From Macrostomum lignano (Eukaryota): a stretch of 64,000 nt of DNA. Shown piece by piece: positions 61,501-64,000 of the stretch; position 1 is the first letter of the stretch; every line of letters begins with the position of its first letter. The notes under the pieces were generated by a model, which ran no database searches, had not been told where the DNA came from, and saw only the letters and a program-made list of their open reading frames with translations. Where the stretch lies: assembly GCA_002269645.1 (NCBI GenBank), contig NIVC01003970.1, positions 1-64,000 of the forward strand, written 5' to 3'. The position numbers were made by a program, and so were the translations under genes.

Positions 61501-63946
61501 AAAAATCAGACGACAAAGCCAGTCAAGCGTTCAGAAGTACAGAATCTAAATAGCTGTCAGTCAAAACAGGAAACCTACATGCTCTCTCCGACTTGTCGCG
61601 CTCTGCGCCCAGAGTGCACTGCTCTCAGCTCAAGTAAGTGCTGTATTCTAGGGACAGGCTGGCGCCAAGTCGCAAAGCGACCTCTCGCACCTTCTCTCGA
61701 ATCTAGTCTGGCCAGAGCGGCAGAAACCACTTTACTTCGTCCTGATTCGCCACCGTAGAAGTACGTTCCGATTGCGGCCACTGATTCAACACGACGGGAT
61801 AAGAAGGTATGAGGGACTCAGAGTTAAAAATGCAAAAAGCTCAACAAAAACTGAACTCCAATCTGAGAGCAGACTGGAGAGCAACTTGATGAAAGCCACT
61901 CAACCGTTCTGAAGCTTAAGTTTAATGAACCGCCTGAATAAATGATGCAATATATATGCAGAAGGGAAATTTAAACACATGTTCGCCATTTCCCTTCGAT
62001 ACGGGGAGATGATCAAAGAGTGGTGAAATTTTCTCTGCTCTACAGTTTTATAGTTTCATTTTTAAGTTAAGTTTATTGTCAGAACGTAGTTTACATCAAA
62101 TATCATATATACGCAATGAGATCTATTGATTATATGCATCCTACATATAAAGCCACGAATTCTGCTAAGACATGAGCAATCACGGCTACGAGCGTAACAA
62201 ACCAATCATTTTCTATTTTCAGTTCGCAGTACCATTGCCACGAGCAACTATTCAGTTGAGAAATTCGTGACAGAGAAAGAACAGATTATTCGCATTGACT
62301 TCAAGGAGGTTCACTATTTAACTTCCATTCAGTTGTCTGATTTGGAGACCAAAGATGAATTCTACATAACATATCAAGTCACTCTCAATAGTTCAGACAA
62401 GCAGTTGCGTTCACCCTGGTACGATACCGTGTTCAAGGTAGGTCTTCTGTTGATAGATTTCGTTGATCTGATTTTTAGTTTTGTTATAGCTCGTACTCGT
62501 ATTTTATAATAGGCATGCAATTGTTCTTGCAGCTAGTATTTTATATTGCTTTTCTCATACTTTCTGATATCCCTGGCATTCCAGTTCTCAACCTACAACA
62601 CAGTTGAAGACTTTCTAATCCCGCTGATACTCACGCCGTCAAGTGTCAAGCTGCACTTTAGCCTTAACGCCACCATTGAGACCGCTGACATCATGAATAT
62701 TTGTGGCATCGAGATTACTGGTCTGTCCTTGAACTTTGCTTATCTACTTATTGCAAAACTTCCGATGTCTTGAAATTCCGATTCAGTTAGACAATCGGTG
62801 GTCTGTAGAACTGTAGCTATTATTAGTTCTGAATTTTTTTCTAAAATAGATCAATCAGTACATATTGAGGATTTTAACAGACTGATAAGCTGAGAGTCCT
62901 TTGCATTTTTACCCTCTTTCAACTTGATATTTGCTAACGAATTTAAGACGAGTGCCCGCAAGGCTGGCGGCCGCTCTACAACATCTGCCTCAGGATCGTC
63001 CCGTCAGCTCTGGACTGGAACAGTTCGCTGCAGTACTGCCAGAGCCGCTACTGGAATGGCAAGAATGGCACTCTGTTCATGCCCAAGAGTGCCGTGCTGC
63101 GCAACTTCGGTCACATGAGGTGAACTGTGGTTGAGAAAGTTCATTGGGTATCGAGCCTGTTCAATATTCCTATCTTTACTGCTTATTTTCAATGAAAAAC
63201 GAAATACTGTATACTCAAAGCTTCAATATTATTGTCAATATGCAGCGCCAGAGAGAAAAAACCTGCTTTCTTCTGTTTTACTTAATTCAAGAAAAAAATC
63301 AAGCCAATCTTCTTAGGCCGTCAGTTAGCCTGGTACTGATGCGTTCAATGAGAAATAAAAGAAGAAATTTCACTCAAACAAATTGCCTTCCCATTAATTT
63401 AGAAACATGCAGTTCCACGTCGGTGCATACCGAAACTCTTCAACCGGCGCTGGTACTGGCTGGATGGAGAAGAAGTTGAGCAGGGAGCATTCTACATGGG
63501 CCAGACTCAGAGCAGCTCGTGTGTGTACTTGTCTACGGACTACAATGGGCTGTATAGGATCGACTGCTCTGCTAGTTTGTACTTCTTGTGCCAAATTCCA
63601 AGAAGATTTGTGAGTAGGACTTTATGCTTTGACCCTATCAAATTGAAATTCTGCTCACGAAGCTGCAATGCAATTCTAGGGCCTGATCGACAGCAGACAG
63701 TTGTCCTCAACACATTCTATCACAACAACGTTGGGTCAGAAGATGACAACATACAGTACACACAGGGACCTTTGCACGAGTTGCTTAGCCTGTGGGCTTT
63801 GGATGAATCGCTCGCATACATACCAGCTGTTTATGACATTTGGCACTCAGCAAATCTGAACAACTTTGCCATCTCAATCGGCACTGAGAGCGTCCAAAGT
63901 GTGACCGGAAAGTACTCAGTGTACCAAAAAACCCAAATAGAAAATG
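52504..63946 (+). CDS. PKD1-like: Second tandem copy (copy B) of the giant PKD1-like gene, 5' part; continues beyond the window end
   Basis: Exons 52504-52582, 53607-53999, 54343-54463, 55906-56034, 56121-56237, 56516-56752, 56833-57066, 57153-57322, then exons nearly identical to copy A: 57782-58154, 58228-58292, 58364-58667, 58968-59213, 59354-59514, 59600-59687, 59781-60136, 60387-60540, 62223-62437, 62585-62720, 62948-63119, 63403-63609, 63680-63946. Two 1-nt deletions in exon 63403-63609. Confidence 0.85.
53607..57322 (+). CDS. N-terminal ectodomain of copy B (module 1, 5' part): C-type lectin, linker, kringle-like, F-type-lectin-like, unknown domain
   Basis: CTPPW...C...C...WVG...C...QNCSMKQYFLCQ; PLLFGIPG exon; YYGDLDVNQNGEAC..Y; C...GRYAVI...VDQVKIYG. 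Exon sizes and phases parallel modules 2 and 3. Confidence 0.8.
54498..54720 (+). mobile_element. 5'-truncated copy of the same SINE family
   Basis: Shares GCCAAC.CCCCAAGGCGCAG..AAGTGTACATGC.TAACGATAATAAAGT.AGGGCCGCTGTA and GCTTAAAGTGCGCCAGG.TGCACACA...CTAATAAAAA with 30114-30323. Confidence 0.85.
55590..55680 (+). repeat. Short degenerate tandem repeat (GGGGTCAATTCAAGGAAT-like, about 4 copies)
   Basis: GGGGTCAATTCA recurs at 17-20 nt spacing in an intron of copy B. Confidence 0.5.
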
Positions 63947-64000
63947 GTGAGTGACTTAAGTTATGACGGCATGAACCGAATTTATGCACAACTGTAATCC
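57352..64000 (+). repeat. Segmental duplication, copy B
   Basis: Direct repeat of 1-6255 with extra segments at about 57477-57543, 58787-58818, 60872-61132 and 61510-61565. Confidence 0.97.
60872..61132. mobile_element. Solo-LTR-like insertion present only in copy B
   Basis: Copy A reads CAGTATAC|AAAAAAACTTAGG with no insert. Copy B has 261 bp beginning TGTGGCGGC and ending GCCGCTAAA (imperfect inverted termini), flanked by ATAC on both sides, with an internal AATAAA. Confidence 0.7.

Overview
Eukaryotic (invertebrate metazoan-type) genomic DNA with short GT-AG introns; there are no prokaryotic, CRISPR or rRNA features. Most of the window (363-48006, + strand) is one very large gene of the polycystin-1 (PKD1-like/REJ) family. 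I traced 84 phase-compatible exons by hand (about 25 kb coding, about 8,300 aa, 5' end upstream of the window). It ends in the usual PKD-REJ-GAIN/GPS-TM1-PLAT-polycystin channel core. In front of that is a very large ectodomain made of repeated ~1,200-aa modules of C-type lectin, kringle, F-type-lectin-like and F5/8C (discoidin) domains, plus one LamG/ConA-like domain, one fibrinogen C-terminal domain and one EB-like domain. A near-identical second copy starts at a signal-peptide exon (52504) and runs off the window end; 57352-64000 repeats 1-6255. Joining the two copies gives a protein of roughly 8,800 aa. The most unusual feature is a 6.4-kb intronic array of 43 identical 145-bp units, each holding a copy of the next exon's splice acceptor, a 20-nt mini-exon and a GT donor-like site. 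Introns also contain a tRNA-derived SINE with a 13-bp TSD, a solo-LTR-like insertion found in only one copy, LINE fragments and micro/minisatellites. Five single-base deletions interrupt the reading frames and may be assembly errors. All exon boundaries and domain calls were made by eye (motif recognition, no HMM or database search) and may be off by a few nt.
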